A stretch of 64,000 bases of DNA, taken from positions 12,277 through 76,276 of the forward strand of contig CAYUKQ010000001.1 in the NCBI GenBank assembly GCA_964445355.1, given 5' to 3'. Below are positions 47,397 to 57,212 of the stretch, piece after piece (position 1 is the stretch's first letter; each line of letters begins with the position of its first letter). A program made the position numbers and the translations under genes. This stretch comes from an uncultured Gammaproteobacteria bacterium. GTDB taxonomy: Bacteria; Patescibacteriota; Microgenomatia; CAYQLK01. The notes beneath the pieces are model-generated. The model was not told where the DNA came from, searched no databases, and saw only the letters and a program-made list of their open reading frames with translations.

Positions 47397-48860
47397 ATGG
47401 CAAGTCCACTAGCAGAATTACGAAAAATTAGATTAGAAAAATTAAATACCCTTCAATCAAAAGGTATTGACACGTTCCCTTCGTCAACAGATCGCACTCA
47501 CACTACCAAGGAAGCACTTGAATCCCTTGATAAGGATGTTGTTGTAGCAGGCAGATTATCATCTTTAAGATCACATGGAAAAATCGTTTTTGGTGACATT
47601 ACAGATCAGTCAGGACAAATTCAAATTCTCTTTAAGTCAGATTCACTTTCAAAGGACTTATTTGATCAAGTTTCGTTACTAGATATAGGTGATTTCATTG
47701 AAGCAGAAGGAATAGTGTTTGTTACAAAGGCGGGCCAAACTACTGTGGATGTAAAAAAATATAAGCTTTTAGCAAAATCACTTCTCCCAATACCCGGCGA
47801 ATACTATGGACTCAGTGATATTGAAACAAGACTCAGGAAAAGATATTTAGATATTCTGACCAATCAAGCAGTTAAAGAAATTTTTATTAAAAAAAACAAG
47901 TTTTGGTATGCAATTAGAGAATATTTAGTCAAAAATGATTTTTTAGAATTAGAAATGCCAATCTTGGAAAACGTTCCCGGTGGTGCAGAGGCAGAGCCGT
48001 TTATTACTCACCATAATGCACTTGATCGCGATTTCTATCTCAGAATCTCTCTTGAATTACCCCTAAAAAAAATGTTAGTCGCAGGTTATGAAAGAGTATT
48101 CGAAATAGGTAGAATTTTTCGAAATGAAGGAATTGATTCCGAACACCTCCAGGATTACACTCAAATGGAATTTTATTGGGCATACGCAGACTTTGATACT
48201 CTGATGGATTTTGTTACCAAAATGTATCAAGAGATTATAGAAAAGACGTTTGGAACCCTTCAATTTGAACGGAATGGTCAGATCGTTGACTGGTCCGGTG
48301 AATGGAAAAAACTTGATTACCTGGATTTATTTTTACAGCATACCGATCTCGACCTAAATACCGTTAGTGACGAACAATTATTTGATTATGCAAAACAAAA
48401 CAAAATTGTTTACGAAAAATCAGCTGGTCGAGGCAGAATAATTGATTTGATTTTTAAGAAAAAAATTCGACCCTTACCTGAAGTTTCGCTCCAGCCGGCG
48501 TTTTTAGTTAATCCGCCAATCGAAATAGAGCCGTTAGCTAAAAAAAATCCTGACAATCCCAAGACAGTTCAACGAATGCAGATAATTGCTTTTGGATCAG
48601 AATTAGGTAAAGGATTCGGAGAATTAAATGACCCGATTGATCAAAGGGGGAGATTCGAGAGCCAGATGCGCTTGAGAGAAAACGGCGACAAGGAGGCGCA
48701 AATGATCGATGAGGATTACATTGAGGCAATGGAATATGGGATGCCGCCCTCAGCCGGATTTGGCGTTTCCGAAAGGCTGTTTTCTGTGCTTATGGGGCTG
48801 CCTATCCGGGAAACTGTTATTTTTCCATTAATGAAAGATCAGAAGAATGAAACAGACTAG
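47397..48860 (+). CDS. lysS: Lysyl-tRNA synthetase (class II)
   Basis: N-terminal OB anticodon-binding domain. Motif 2 FRNEGIDSEHLQDYTQMEFYWAY. Motif 3 region GFGVSERL. Confidence 0.9.
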   Translation: MASPLAELRKIRLEKLNTLQSKGIDTFPSSTDRTHTTKEALESLDKDVVVAGRLSSLRSHGKIVFGDITDQSGQIQILFKSDSLSKDLFDQVSLLDIGDFIEAEGIVFVTKAGQTTVDVKKYKLLAKSLLPIPGEYYGLSDIETRLRKRYLDILTNQAVKEIFIKKNKFWYAIREYLVKNDFLELEMPILENVPGGAEAEPFITHHNALDRDFYLRISLELPLKKMLVAGYERVFEIGRIFRNEGIDSEHLQDYTQMEFYWAYADFDTLMDFVTKMYQEIIEKTFGTLQFERNGQIVDWSGEWKKLDYLDLFLQHTDLDLNTVSDEQLFDYAKQNKIVYEKSAGRGRIIDLIFKKKIRPLPEVSLQPAFLVNPPIEIEPLAKKNPDNPKTVQRMQIIAFGSELGKGFGELNDPIDQRGRFESQMRLRENGDKEAQMIDEDYIEAMEYGMPPSAGFGVSERLFSVLMGLPIRETVIFPLMKDQKNETD

Positions 48861-49449
48861 TCTGATTGAGATAATCAAATTTTTTCTTAGGGTTCAATGG
48901 ACCAAAGAGTTGCCAAGGCAGGGGTTTGTAACTTTAGGTTTTAAAAGAAACGAAGCAGACTCGGTTGCTGCTCATTCATTTGCTACTGCTATTCTAGCTT
49001 ATGAACTCGCCATAATTCATAATTCTGAAGGAAAAAAACCCAAAGTGGATGAAAATAAAGTACTTAAAATGGCCTTGTTTCACGATCTGGCCGAAACCAT
49101 CGTTGGAGACGTTGGTTCATTCGTAAAATATCTAGACAAGGGGAAATTTCGAGATATCGAGGACAAGGGAATGGAGATTTTAGTCGAGAACCTAATTAAT
49201 AAAAATGAGATTTTAGAACTTTACAAAGAGTATTCTGAAAGAAAAACACTTGAAGCTAGGTTTGCAAAAGCCGCTGATCACATTGATGCGATAGCCCAGA
49301 TCCAAGGTGTTCCAGCGGCCAAACATGAGTTGGAAAAAAAGACCCATGATATATTAAAAATTACCAAGTTTGACTGGCACAAAAAAGCAATAGAAATTAT
49401 TGCCTCAGGTAAAATAAAAAATATTGGTGAAATAAAAGACACTAGATGA
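48847..49449 (+). CDS. HD-domain phosphohydrolase (YfbR-like 5'-deoxynucleotidase family)
   Basis: HSFATAILAYEL...FHDLAETIVGDV contains the H...HD...D metal-binding residues. Confidence 0.7.
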   Translation: MKQTSLIEIIKFFLRVQWTKELPRQGFVTLGFKRNEADSVAAHSFATAILAYELAIIHNSEGKKPKVDENKVLKMALFHDLAETIVGDVGSFVKYLDKGKFRDIEDKGMEILVENLINKNEILELYKEYSERKTLEARFAKAADHIDAIAQIQGVPAAKHELEKKTHDILKITKFDWHKKAIEIIASGKIKNIGEIKDTR

Positions 49450-50675
49450 TAGATATTAAAAAAATCAAGCAAAACCCTTCTTGGTACCAGCAAAAATTTG
49501 ATCAAAAAGGTGTAAATATTTTAGTCAACGACCTGTTGCAAAAAGAAGCAAACAAAAATCAACTTGTCACACAAATTGAACATCTAAATCAAAGAAAAAA
49601 GTCCGCCTCAATGTCGAAATCCTACTCTCAAGAAGGTGTAGAAATTAAAGCGCGGCTAAAGTCACTTGAAGAGGAATTAAAAAAAGTTGAATTAGAGTAC
49701 TCAAAACTATTGCGCGAACTTCCCAATCCAGCTTTTGATGATGTCCCGATCGGTGGGGAAGAAAATAGTTTGGTTGTCGAGAAAAAACACACACCAATCA
49801 AGTTTGATTTTTCACCCAAAAGTCACGAGGATCTAGGCAAGACGCTGGATATTATTGATTTGGAGTCTGCAGCAAAAGTAAGTGGTTCAAGATTTTATTA
49901 TTTGAAAGGAAAAGGAGCTGATTTAGAGCTTGCTCTGCTTCGTTATGCGATCGATATCATCAAAGAGCATAATTTTGAATTAGTACTTCCACCTGTTTTA
50001 ATTACCTCCGATTCCATGAGTGGTATGGGGTATCTTGAGCATGGCGGGAGAGACGAAACATATTATCTGGAGAAAGATGATCTTTATTTGGTTGGAACTG
50101 CAGAGCAATCAATTGGTCCGATGTACAAAGACAATATACTCGACTCAACTAAGTTGCCAATCAGATATGTTGGATATTCACCGTCATTTAGAAGAGAATC
50201 GGGGAGTTACGGTAAGGATACTAAAGGGATAATTAGAGTTCATCAATTCAATAAGTTGGAAATGTTTATTTTCTGTAGACCTGAACAGTCAGTCAATGAA
50301 CACAACCTAATATTAGAAATTGAAAAGAAACTAGTAGACGGACTTGGTTTACCATACCAAATCCTTAATATTGCCTCTGGAGATTTAGGATTGCCAGCTG
50401 CAAAAAAATACGACATCGAAGTTTGGTTCCCGACTCAAGGGAGATATCGTGAGACTCATTCGACTTCTAATACCACTGATTTCCAATCCCGACGGCTCAA
50501 TATTAAATATGTTAATGAAAAAAATGAGAAAGAATATATTCACACGGTCAACGGTACGGGATTCGCTTTTGGAAGGATTATTGCGGCAATTATTGAAAAT
50601 TTTCAAACATCCGATTCAACAATACTTATTCCAGAAAAACTTCAAAAGTATACAGGTTTTAGCTCAATCGAATAG
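49446..50675 (+). CDS. serS: Seryl-tRNA synthetase
   Basis: N-terminal coiled-coil arm. Class II motif 2 FRRESGSYGKDTKGIIRVHQF. Motif 3 NGTGFAFGR. Confidence 0.9.
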   Translation: MIDIKKIKQNPSWYQQKFDQKGVNILVNDLLQKEANKNQLVTQIEHLNQRKKSASMSKSYSQEGVEIKARLKSLEEELKKVELEYSKLLRELPNPAFDDVPIGGEENSLVVEKKHTPIKFDFSPKSHEDLGKTLDIIDLESAAKVSGSRFYYLKGKGADLELALLRYAIDIIKEHNFELVLPPVLITSDSMSGMGYLEHGGRDETYYLEKDDLYLVGTAEQSIGPMYKDNILDSTKLPIRYVGYSPSFRRESGSYGKDTKGIIRVHQFNKLEMFIFCRPEQSVNEHNLILEIEKKLVDGLGLPYQILNIASGDLGLPAAKKYDIEVWFPTQGRYRETHSTSNTTDFQSRRLNIKYVNEKNEKEYIHTVNGTGFAFGRIIAAIIENFQTSDSTILIPEKLQKYTGFSSIE

Positions 50676-50749
50676 CAGTCAGTCCTTTGGACTGTTATTT
50701 TAACTACAGCTAATCTATAATATCTTTTCGTATATCAACCACAATATAT

Positions 50750-53314
50750 ATGCTTGGAAGGATAGGAAAACTATTAAATTCGAACGAAAAAGAAGTAAAA
50801 AAAATCCAGCCGATCATTTATCGGATCAATGAATTAGAAAAACAATTTCAAAAATTATCTGATTCAAAGCTTAGAAGCAAAACCCAAGAGTTCAAAAAAC
50901 GTATCAGTAACGGTCAAAGTTTGGATGATTTACTTCCAGAAGCCTTTGCGGCTGTCAGAGAAGCATCGGTACGAACCACAAAGATGCGACATTACGATGT
51001 CCAATTAATCTCAGGCGTGGTCCTGCATCAGGGCAAAATTTCTGAACAAAAAACAGGGGAGGGAAAAACACTTTCAGCAACTTTACCTTCTTATTTAAAT
51101 GCACTTACCGAAAAAGGGGTGCATGTTGTGACGGTTAATGACTATTTGGCTAAGCGTGATGCTGAATGGATGGGTCCAATTTATCAAGCCTTAGGCTTAA
51201 AGGTTGGCTACATAGTTCACGAAATTCCGCCAGGGTCAAGTATTCGTAGAGAGATGTATAGCGCCGATATAACCTATGGTACCAACAATGAATTTGGGTT
51301 TGATTATCTCAGAGATAATATGGTCTGGGATCTGAAAAACATGGTACAACGGGGTCACAATTTTGCAATTGTAGATGAGGTTGATTCTATTCTTATCGAC
51401 GAAGCAAGGACTCCACTAATAATTTCCGCACCATCAGGGGAAGCAACGGACAAATATTACACTTTTGCCAAAATTGTAAATGGTTTGGATTCTCAAACAG
51501 ACTTTGTGGTTGACGAAAAGCTAAGATCAGCCAGTTTGTCTGAAGCAGGTATTCAAAAAGTCGAAAAAATTCTCGGAATTGAGAATTTATACGAAACCAA
51601 CTTTTCTACAATTCATCATGTTGAACAAGCAATAAGTGCCAGAACTTTATTTAATAAGGATCGTGATTATGTCATCCGGGGAAACGAAGTGGTGATTGTT
51701 GATGAATTTACAGGTAGGTTAATGGAAGGACGTCGTTACTCGGAGGGTTTACATCAAGCAATTGAAGCGAAAGAAAATGTTCCAATTCAGGAGGAAAGTC
51801 GTACACTTGCCACTATTACTTTTCAAAACTATTTCAGAATGTATGAAAAACTTTCTGGTATGACCGGAACTGCTGAAACCGAAGCGGAAGAATTTTTCAA
51901 AATATATAAGCTTGAAGTTGTAGTAGTTCCACCAAACAGAATCAATATTAGAAAAGATTTTTCCGATGTTGTTTACAAAACCGCAAAAGCCAAGTTTATG
52001 GCAGTCGCTGAAGAAGTCAAAGAAATAAACAAGTCTGGAAGACCTGTCCTTATCGGCACCACATCAATTGAAAAAAATGAGCTTTTATCAGATATTCTTA
52101 AAAAAAATGGAGTTAAGCATGAAGTCCTAAATGCAAAAAATCACACTAAAGAAGCAGAAATAATTTCCCAAGCCGGTCAGAAAAAATCAGTTACTTTAGC
52201 CACTAATATTGCCGGTCGTGGTGTTGATATTAAATTGGGCAAAAGTGTAGATGGTTTGGGTGGTCTGCATATTATTGGCACTGAAAGACACGAATCGAGG
52301 AGGATCGATAATCAGTTAAGAGGTAGGGCTGGCCGACAGGGGGATCCCGGTTCCACGAGATTTTATGTATCGCTTGAGGATGACATTATGAGGTTATTTG
52401 GCGGGGAGTCAATCTCAAGAATAATGACTGCACTAAAACTTCCCGAGGACACTCCGATTGAGAACGCGATGGTTAGCAAAGCAATTGAAAATGCACAGAA
52501 AAAAGTTGAAGGTCACCATTTCGACAGTCGAAAAAGAGTTGTCGAATATGATGATGTGATAAATGTTCAAAGAGAAATTATTTACAAGAAACGTCGGCAA
52601 ATTCTTGAAGCTCAACAAGGTGATTCTAACTCAGAACAAGATTTTAAATCTGATTTTCATCAAAAACTAGAATCCTTCATTCACACTATTGTCAATAATA
52701 ATATAAATCTTTCAGAATCTCCGGATTATGAATTATTGTCAAAAGAGTTTTTTAACATTCTTCCTTTTGATCCTAACTCGCAAAAGGTCATCGCTCAAGA
52801 AATTTCAAACCTCAAAACATCCGATAAAATTTTCGATTTTTTGACAAAAATTGTAACTGATATTAATTCTGAACGGATTAAAAAATATTCACAGGAATCT
52901 GTAGATAAGGCAGAGTTAATCGTTTCACTGAGCGTAATTGATACTTTGTGGATGGAACATATTGATACGCTTGATGATCTTAGGTCTGGTGTGGGGATGC
53001 GCGCATATGCACAAAGAGATCCGTTGGTTGAGTACAAAGCAGAAGCATACAAATTATTTGAAAAATTAATTAGTGACATTGACAATGAAGTTATTAACCG
53101 AGTATTTAAGTTTCCCATAGAATCAATAGGTCAATCGGTTAATGAGCCAGAGATCGATCCGTTAACCGCTCAGGCTTCCGGTGCAATCGAGGCAACCGAT
53201 GATACAATGAAATCTCTAAAAACACCCAGTCCTTCTAAAATTGGAAGAAATGATCCTTGTCCATGTGGTAGTGGAAAAAAATATAAAAAATGTCACCTAG
53301 TTACAAAAAAATAA
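50750..53314 (+). CDS. secA: Preprotein translocase ATPase SecA (with C-terminal Zn-binding tail)
   Basis: DEAD-like motor motifs (GEGKTL, DEVDSILIDEARTPLIIS). 854 aa. C-terminal CPCGSGKKYKKCH. Confidence 0.9.
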   Translation: MLGRIGKLLNSNEKEVKKIQPIIYRINELEKQFQKLSDSKLRSKTQEFKKRISNGQSLDDLLPEAFAAVREASVRTTKMRHYDVQLISGVVLHQGKISEQKTGEGKTLSATLPSYLNALTEKGVHVVTVNDYLAKRDAEWMGPIYQALGLKVGYIVHEIPPGSSIRREMYSADITYGTNNEFGFDYLRDNMVWDLKNMVQRGHNFAIVDEVDSILIDEARTPLIISAPSGEATDKYYTFAKIVNGLDSQTDFVVDEKLRSASLSEAGIQKVEKILGIENLYETNFSTIHHVEQAISARTLFNKDRDYVIRGNEVVIVDEFTGRLMEGRRYSEGLHQAIEAKENVPIQEESRTLATITFQNYFRMYEKLSGMTGTAETEAEEFFKIYKLEVVVVPPNRINIRKDFSDVVYKTAKAKFMAVAEEVKEINKSGRPVLIGTTSIEKNELLSDILKKNGVKHEVLNAKNHTKEAEIISQAGQKKSVTLATNIAGRGVDIKLGKSVDGLGGLHIIGTERHESRRIDNQLRGRAGRQGDPGSTRFYVSLEDDIMRLFGGESISRIMTALKLPEDTPIENAMVSKAIENAQKKVEGHHFDSRKRVVEYDDVINVQREIIYKKRRQILEAQQGDSNSEQDFKSDFHQKLESFIHTIVNNNINLSESPDYELLSKEFFNILPFDPNSQKVIAQEISNLKTSDKIFDFLTKIVTDINSERIKKYSQESVDKAELIVSLSVIDTLWMEHIDTLDDLRSGVGMRAYAQRDPLVEYKAEAYKLFEKLISDIDNEVINRVFKFPIESIGQSVNEPEIDPLTAQASGAIEATDDTMKSLKTPSPSKIGRNDPCPCGSGKKYKKCHLVTKK

Positions 53315-53359
53315 ATCTATTAATTTAAGTTTTACCTTGTCAAACCGCTGCCAGATAAT

Positions 53360-54457
53360 ATGGTTTTTAAAAAAATCCTAATATCTAAATATCTGATTTT
53401 TTTGCTTTTACTCCTGATCGTATCTTTATTTCTAATAATTATCTTTAGAAGTAACTATCTCGACTTTCTAAGATCAAATCAGTCACTCAATAATTCTTTG
53501 ATCCAGTGTCAGGAAAATAAAAATTATATTAAAAACACCTCTTGTATTAAAAAGAATTTGGAATCATTAGTAATAAATTATGGTCCTTCCCACACATTAA
53601 AATTTGCCAAAGATAATAACTTACAAGTCTCTTACAACTTAAATAATAACATTGAATGTCATGATTTTGCTCATTTGCTTGGAACAATCGCTGGAGAAGT
53701 CACCAAAGATATTGGTGAATCTATAGATCGATGCGGGGAGGATTGCTCAAGTGGTTGTTATCATGGTTTTTTTGAAGGAATAAAGAAAAATCCACTGATC
53801 CCAGATTTGGATTATGAAAATATCTGTCTCAGACAGGTTGCTAAAGAGGAATTAGTTTCCGGATGTCTTCATGCTCAAGGACACTATTTTATGGAATTAA
53901 ATCAAAATATTCTCTCCGACGGTTTTAAAAAATGTCTTGCATTAAAAACAACGGACAAAAATAAAAAATCTTGTCTTTCTGGAGGATTTATGGAGGCTCA
54001 AACACTCAGAGACAATAAAATAATGACCCCATCTACTCCTAATATGCCTGCTCCGGAAGATTATTTCCAATTTTGCCAAAAATTTAGTGGTCTCGTACTT
54101 GATTATTGTTTACAGGACGGTGGCTCATACGTTTATCGATTCACCCTTAACCCTAAAATGGCGACCAATTTCTGTATTGATTATGTCAGTAAATCAAATC
54201 AAGAAGGGTGTTTATCTTCGGTTGGGGGATTTTTTCACCGTAAGAACCCAAATATTTATTTAGAATACATCTCAAAATACTGTCGTTTAGCAAAAAACGA
54301 TTTTACATTTAGTTGTTTTGCAGGCGGAGTAGAGAGTATTCATCTTGGGGGTCAAGATATTCAGCCGTTAATTACCATTTGCATCGAACAAAAAATTCTT
54401 CCAGAACAAGATTGTCAAAAACTCTTAACCATAAAAAATAACAAGACAAGCAATTAA
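53360..54457 (+). CDS. Hypothetical Cys-rich (about 20 Cys) membrane-anchored extracytoplasmic protein
   Basis: N-terminal TM (IFLLLLLIVSLFLIIIF) followed by Cys spaced throughout (e.g. DRCGEDCSSGCYHGF). Confidence 0.5.
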   Translation: MVFKKILISKYLIFLLLLLIVSLFLIIIFRSNYLDFLRSNQSLNNSLIQCQENKNYIKNTSCIKKNLESLVINYGPSHTLKFAKDNNLQVSYNLNNNIECHDFAHLLGTIAGEVTKDIGESIDRCGEDCSSGCYHGFFEGIKKNPLIPDLDYENICLRQVAKEELVSGCLHAQGHYFMELNQNILSDGFKKCLALKTTDKNKKSCLSGGFMEAQTLRDNKIMTPSTPNMPAPEDYFQFCQKFSGLVLDYCLQDGGSYVYRFTLNPKMATNFCIDYVSKSNQEGCLSSVGGFFHRKNPNIYLEYISKYCRLAKNDFTFSCFAGGVESIHLGGQDIQPLITICIEQKILPEQDCQKLLTIKNNKTSN

Positions 54458-54551
54458 TTAATGGTAAAAACTTTTAATTACAGCGATAATGATAACAAGC
54501 ATATCAAATCGCTATAAGCATATTGGAAGCATAACTAACTCATAAATATTA

Positions 54552-56627
54552 ATGTTCGCTGCCCAAAAATTTTTACCGACCAATATAAGATCGATTATTC
54601 TACTGATCGCCCTGATTCTCTTTACTTTTGCAAATATCTCTGCTCATCTTTTTATTAAAAACGCATTAACCTCAAGTCTTGATCGAGAATTGGGAAAATC
54701 TAATCGTTCTCAAGCCGAAATCGTAGCATCAAGATTTAGTTCAGAAATTGAGAAGCATTTTGACAGTTTGGCCAGCTTAGAGAACTACTATTTAAACAAT
54801 CAGTCTAGTGTTGATATTGATAATCAAAAAAATTATGCCCAAAGTTTAATTAGTTCCAAAAGCTCTTTCAATCAAATCGGATTATTGAATTCAAATCTGG
54901 AACCAGTTGTCGTTTCAGATAGTTCTATACCAGATAAGGATTTTGTAAAAGACTTTCTGACAATTCCTAACATTCAAGATTCTATAAAAGCGAACACAAT
55001 TTATAAGGAAGAGTTTGTTGGCGGGCCGCTCGAACTACCCAGTAAAAGAACACTCTTTGTTCTTTTTCATCCAATTAGTATAAGTGGCACATTTGAAGGA
55101 CTGTCGTTTGGAGTAATCGATATTAACAGATTATCACGCAATGTATTTTCATCCAGCAATGCCGAGAAATTTAACGTAGCAATTCTTGTAAATAATAATA
55201 ATCTTTTAATTTATGACGCAAGCGAAGTGCAGAAAACACATCAAATTGATATTGTTTCTGAATTTGGCAAAACAGTATTTGATTTAAAATTTTATCCAAA
55301 AAACTTTATTACAGAATCGGGGCAAATTGCCATCCAAATAGTGTATGCCTCGATCATTGCGATTCAAACACTCGCGGTTGCGATATTGTTGATCTTTATG
55401 ACACAAACTCACGAATTAGAAAAAAAGGTTTCTGAGCGCACAGCTGAGATCTTACAAAAAAACAAATTAATTACCGAAGAAGAAGAAAAAATTAAGAAAA
55501 TTATCAATAATACCCCCGTCGGAATAATGGCGATTAGGAATTCTGATAAAAAATTAATTTTTTACAATCAAAAAATTACAGATTTTTTAGGTAACGACTT
55601 AGACTCTATTACGACGCTCGACGAAGTCATCGTTTCGCTTTCACCAACTAATAAACAAGGCGAAGCATTTAATGTTCGCCTCCTCCCTTACAATCAAACA
55701 GACTTAACTAAAAAAACATCCATGACCGACGAACTAATACTACAAATTAACGGTGAGCAAAAACAAGTAAAAATGGTAGCCGTGCCAATCCGTCATGAAG
55801 ATGGACAAAATGAAACATTGGTGGTTATAACGGACTTAACTGAAGAGGCAAAACTGGCTGAAAATCTAAAAAAAGTAAACACTGAACTATTAAATATGGA
55901 TAAGCAAAAGGACGAATTTTTATCTGTCACTTCACACGAGTTAAGAACCCCAATGACAACTATAAAAGGATATGTTGATATGATTCTTAATGGTGATGCA
56001 GGTGAAATTAATTCTGAGATTAAACAGTATCTGACTGAAGTCTATAAAAGCGTGAATAGACTAACCTCACTTGTAAACAATATTCTGACCGTCTCTAGAC
56101 TTCAAAACAAAGCACTTCAATTCAACCTCAAAGCTGTAAATATTAATCAAATCATTTCCGACAATCTGGAATCTTGGAGAGTACTTGGGGGTGGAAAACC
56201 TATCGAATTTAGTTTTATTCAACCCAATACTCCACTTCCGGCAGTCATGGCAGATCCTGATAAAATCATCGAAATATTAAACAATTTTATTTCTAATGCA
56301 TTTAAATACACCGAAAAGGGCAAAGTTTCGATATTTTTGAAAAACGACGAAAATTATGTTTATGTTTCAATTCAAGATACTGGTATCGGGATAGAGAGTA
56401 ATGAAGTCGAAAAAATATTCCAAAGGTTTTACAGAATTGATAATACGAAGGCCAGAAACCAAGAAGGCACAGGATTAGGGTTGTATATTGCAAAAGATTT
56501 AGTTGAAAAAATGCACGGCAAAGTATTTGTTCATTCATCAGTCGGATCTGGGTCAACGTTTTCATTCTCATTACCAATTTTTAAAGAAGACAAGGTTCCA
56601 CTGCGTCGCGATACGCTATATCAGTAA
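54552..56627 (+). CDS. Sensor histidine kinase (periplasmic sensor domain, TM, PAS-like, HisKA, HATPase_c)
   Basis: H-box LSVTSHELRTPMTTIKGY. N/G boxes (NAFKYTEKGKV, QDTGIGIE, GTGLGLYIAK). Two TM segments flank a roughly 250-aa extracytoplasmic region. Confidence 0.85.
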   Translation: MFAAQKFLPTNIRSIILLIALILFTFANISAHLFIKNALTSSLDRELGKSNRSQAEIVASRFSSEIEKHFDSLASLENYYLNNQSSVDIDNQKNYAQSLISSKSSFNQIGLLNSNLEPVVVSDSSIPDKDFVKDFLTIPNIQDSIKANTIYKEEFVGGPLELPSKRTLFVLFHPISISGTFEGLSFGVIDINRLSRNVFSSSNAEKFNVAILVNNNNLLIYDASEVQKTHQIDIVSEFGKTVFDLKFYPKNFITESGQIAIQIVYASIIAIQTLAVAILLIFMTQTHELEKKVSERTAEILQKNKLITEEEEKIKKIINNTPVGIMAIRNSDKKLIFYNQKITDFLGNDLDSITTLDEVIVSLSPTNKQGEAFNVRLLPYNQTDLTKKTSMTDELILQINGEQKQVKMVAVPIRHEDGQNETLVVITDLTEEAKLAENLKKVNTELLNMDKQKDEFLSVTSHELRTPMTTIKGYVDMILNGDAGEINSEIKQYLTEVYKSVNRLTSLVNNILTVSRLQNKALQFNLKAVNINQIISDNLESWRVLGGGKPIEFSFIQPNTPLPAVMADPDKIIEILNNFISNAFKYTEKGKVSIFLKNDENYVYVSIQDTGIGIESNEVEKIFQRFYRIDNTKARNQEGTGLGLYIAKDLVEKMHGKVFVHSSVGSGSTFSFSLPIFKEDKVPLRRDTLYQ

Positions 56628-56680
56628 ATAAACACATTCTGGTGTTTATATGGTAGCTTTAATTACGTATAATTTAATCT

Positions 56681-57208
56681 ATGACTAACCCACCCGATCA
56701 AAGCAACCAAACTCAACCAGCAAATACTTTGATTACACCACAGCCGGTCAACACCACTCCTGTTAAAGCGGTTAACGATCAGGCTACCGTCACTGCATCT
56801 AATTCCGCTACCCTAATTCAAGATAATCAATCAGGGCAAGGTGTCAAAACCGTGAAAAATATTCTTTTGATCGAAGATGATCCTGTCATTATTCGCATGT
56901 ATAGTACGAAGCTTACAAACTCTGGCTATTTGGTCAAGGAAGCATCTAATGGTGAGGAGGCCATTAATATCCTCGGTAACTACAAACCAGACATCATCCT
57001 ACTAGATCTAATGCTTCCCAAAATCGACGGATTCGGGTTTTTACAGCAAGCCCGTGAGAAAATTACTAATGTTCCGGTTATCATATTAACTAACCTAAGT
57101 CAGGACACTGACAAATCAAGAGCCAAAGATTTGGGTGCGGTAGATTTTTTAGTCAAGGCTGATATTACTCCACAAGATGTCGTGAACACGATCCAAAAGT
57201 ACATTTAA
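56681..57208 (+). CDS. Response regulator, receiver domain only (CheY-like), with low-complexity N-terminal extension
   Basis: ILLIEDDPVII...DIILLDLMLPKIDG contains the phospho-acceptor Asp context. No output domain. Confidence 0.8.
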   Translation: MTNPPDQSNQTQPANTLITPQPVNTTPVKAVNDQATVTASNSATLIQDNQSGQGVKTVKNILLIEDDPVIIRMYSTKLTNSGYLVKEASNGEEAINILGNYKPDIILLDLMLPKIDGFGFLQQAREKITNVPVIILTNLSQDTDKSRAKDLGAVDFLVKADITPQDVVNTIQKYI

Positions 57209-57212
57209 TGCA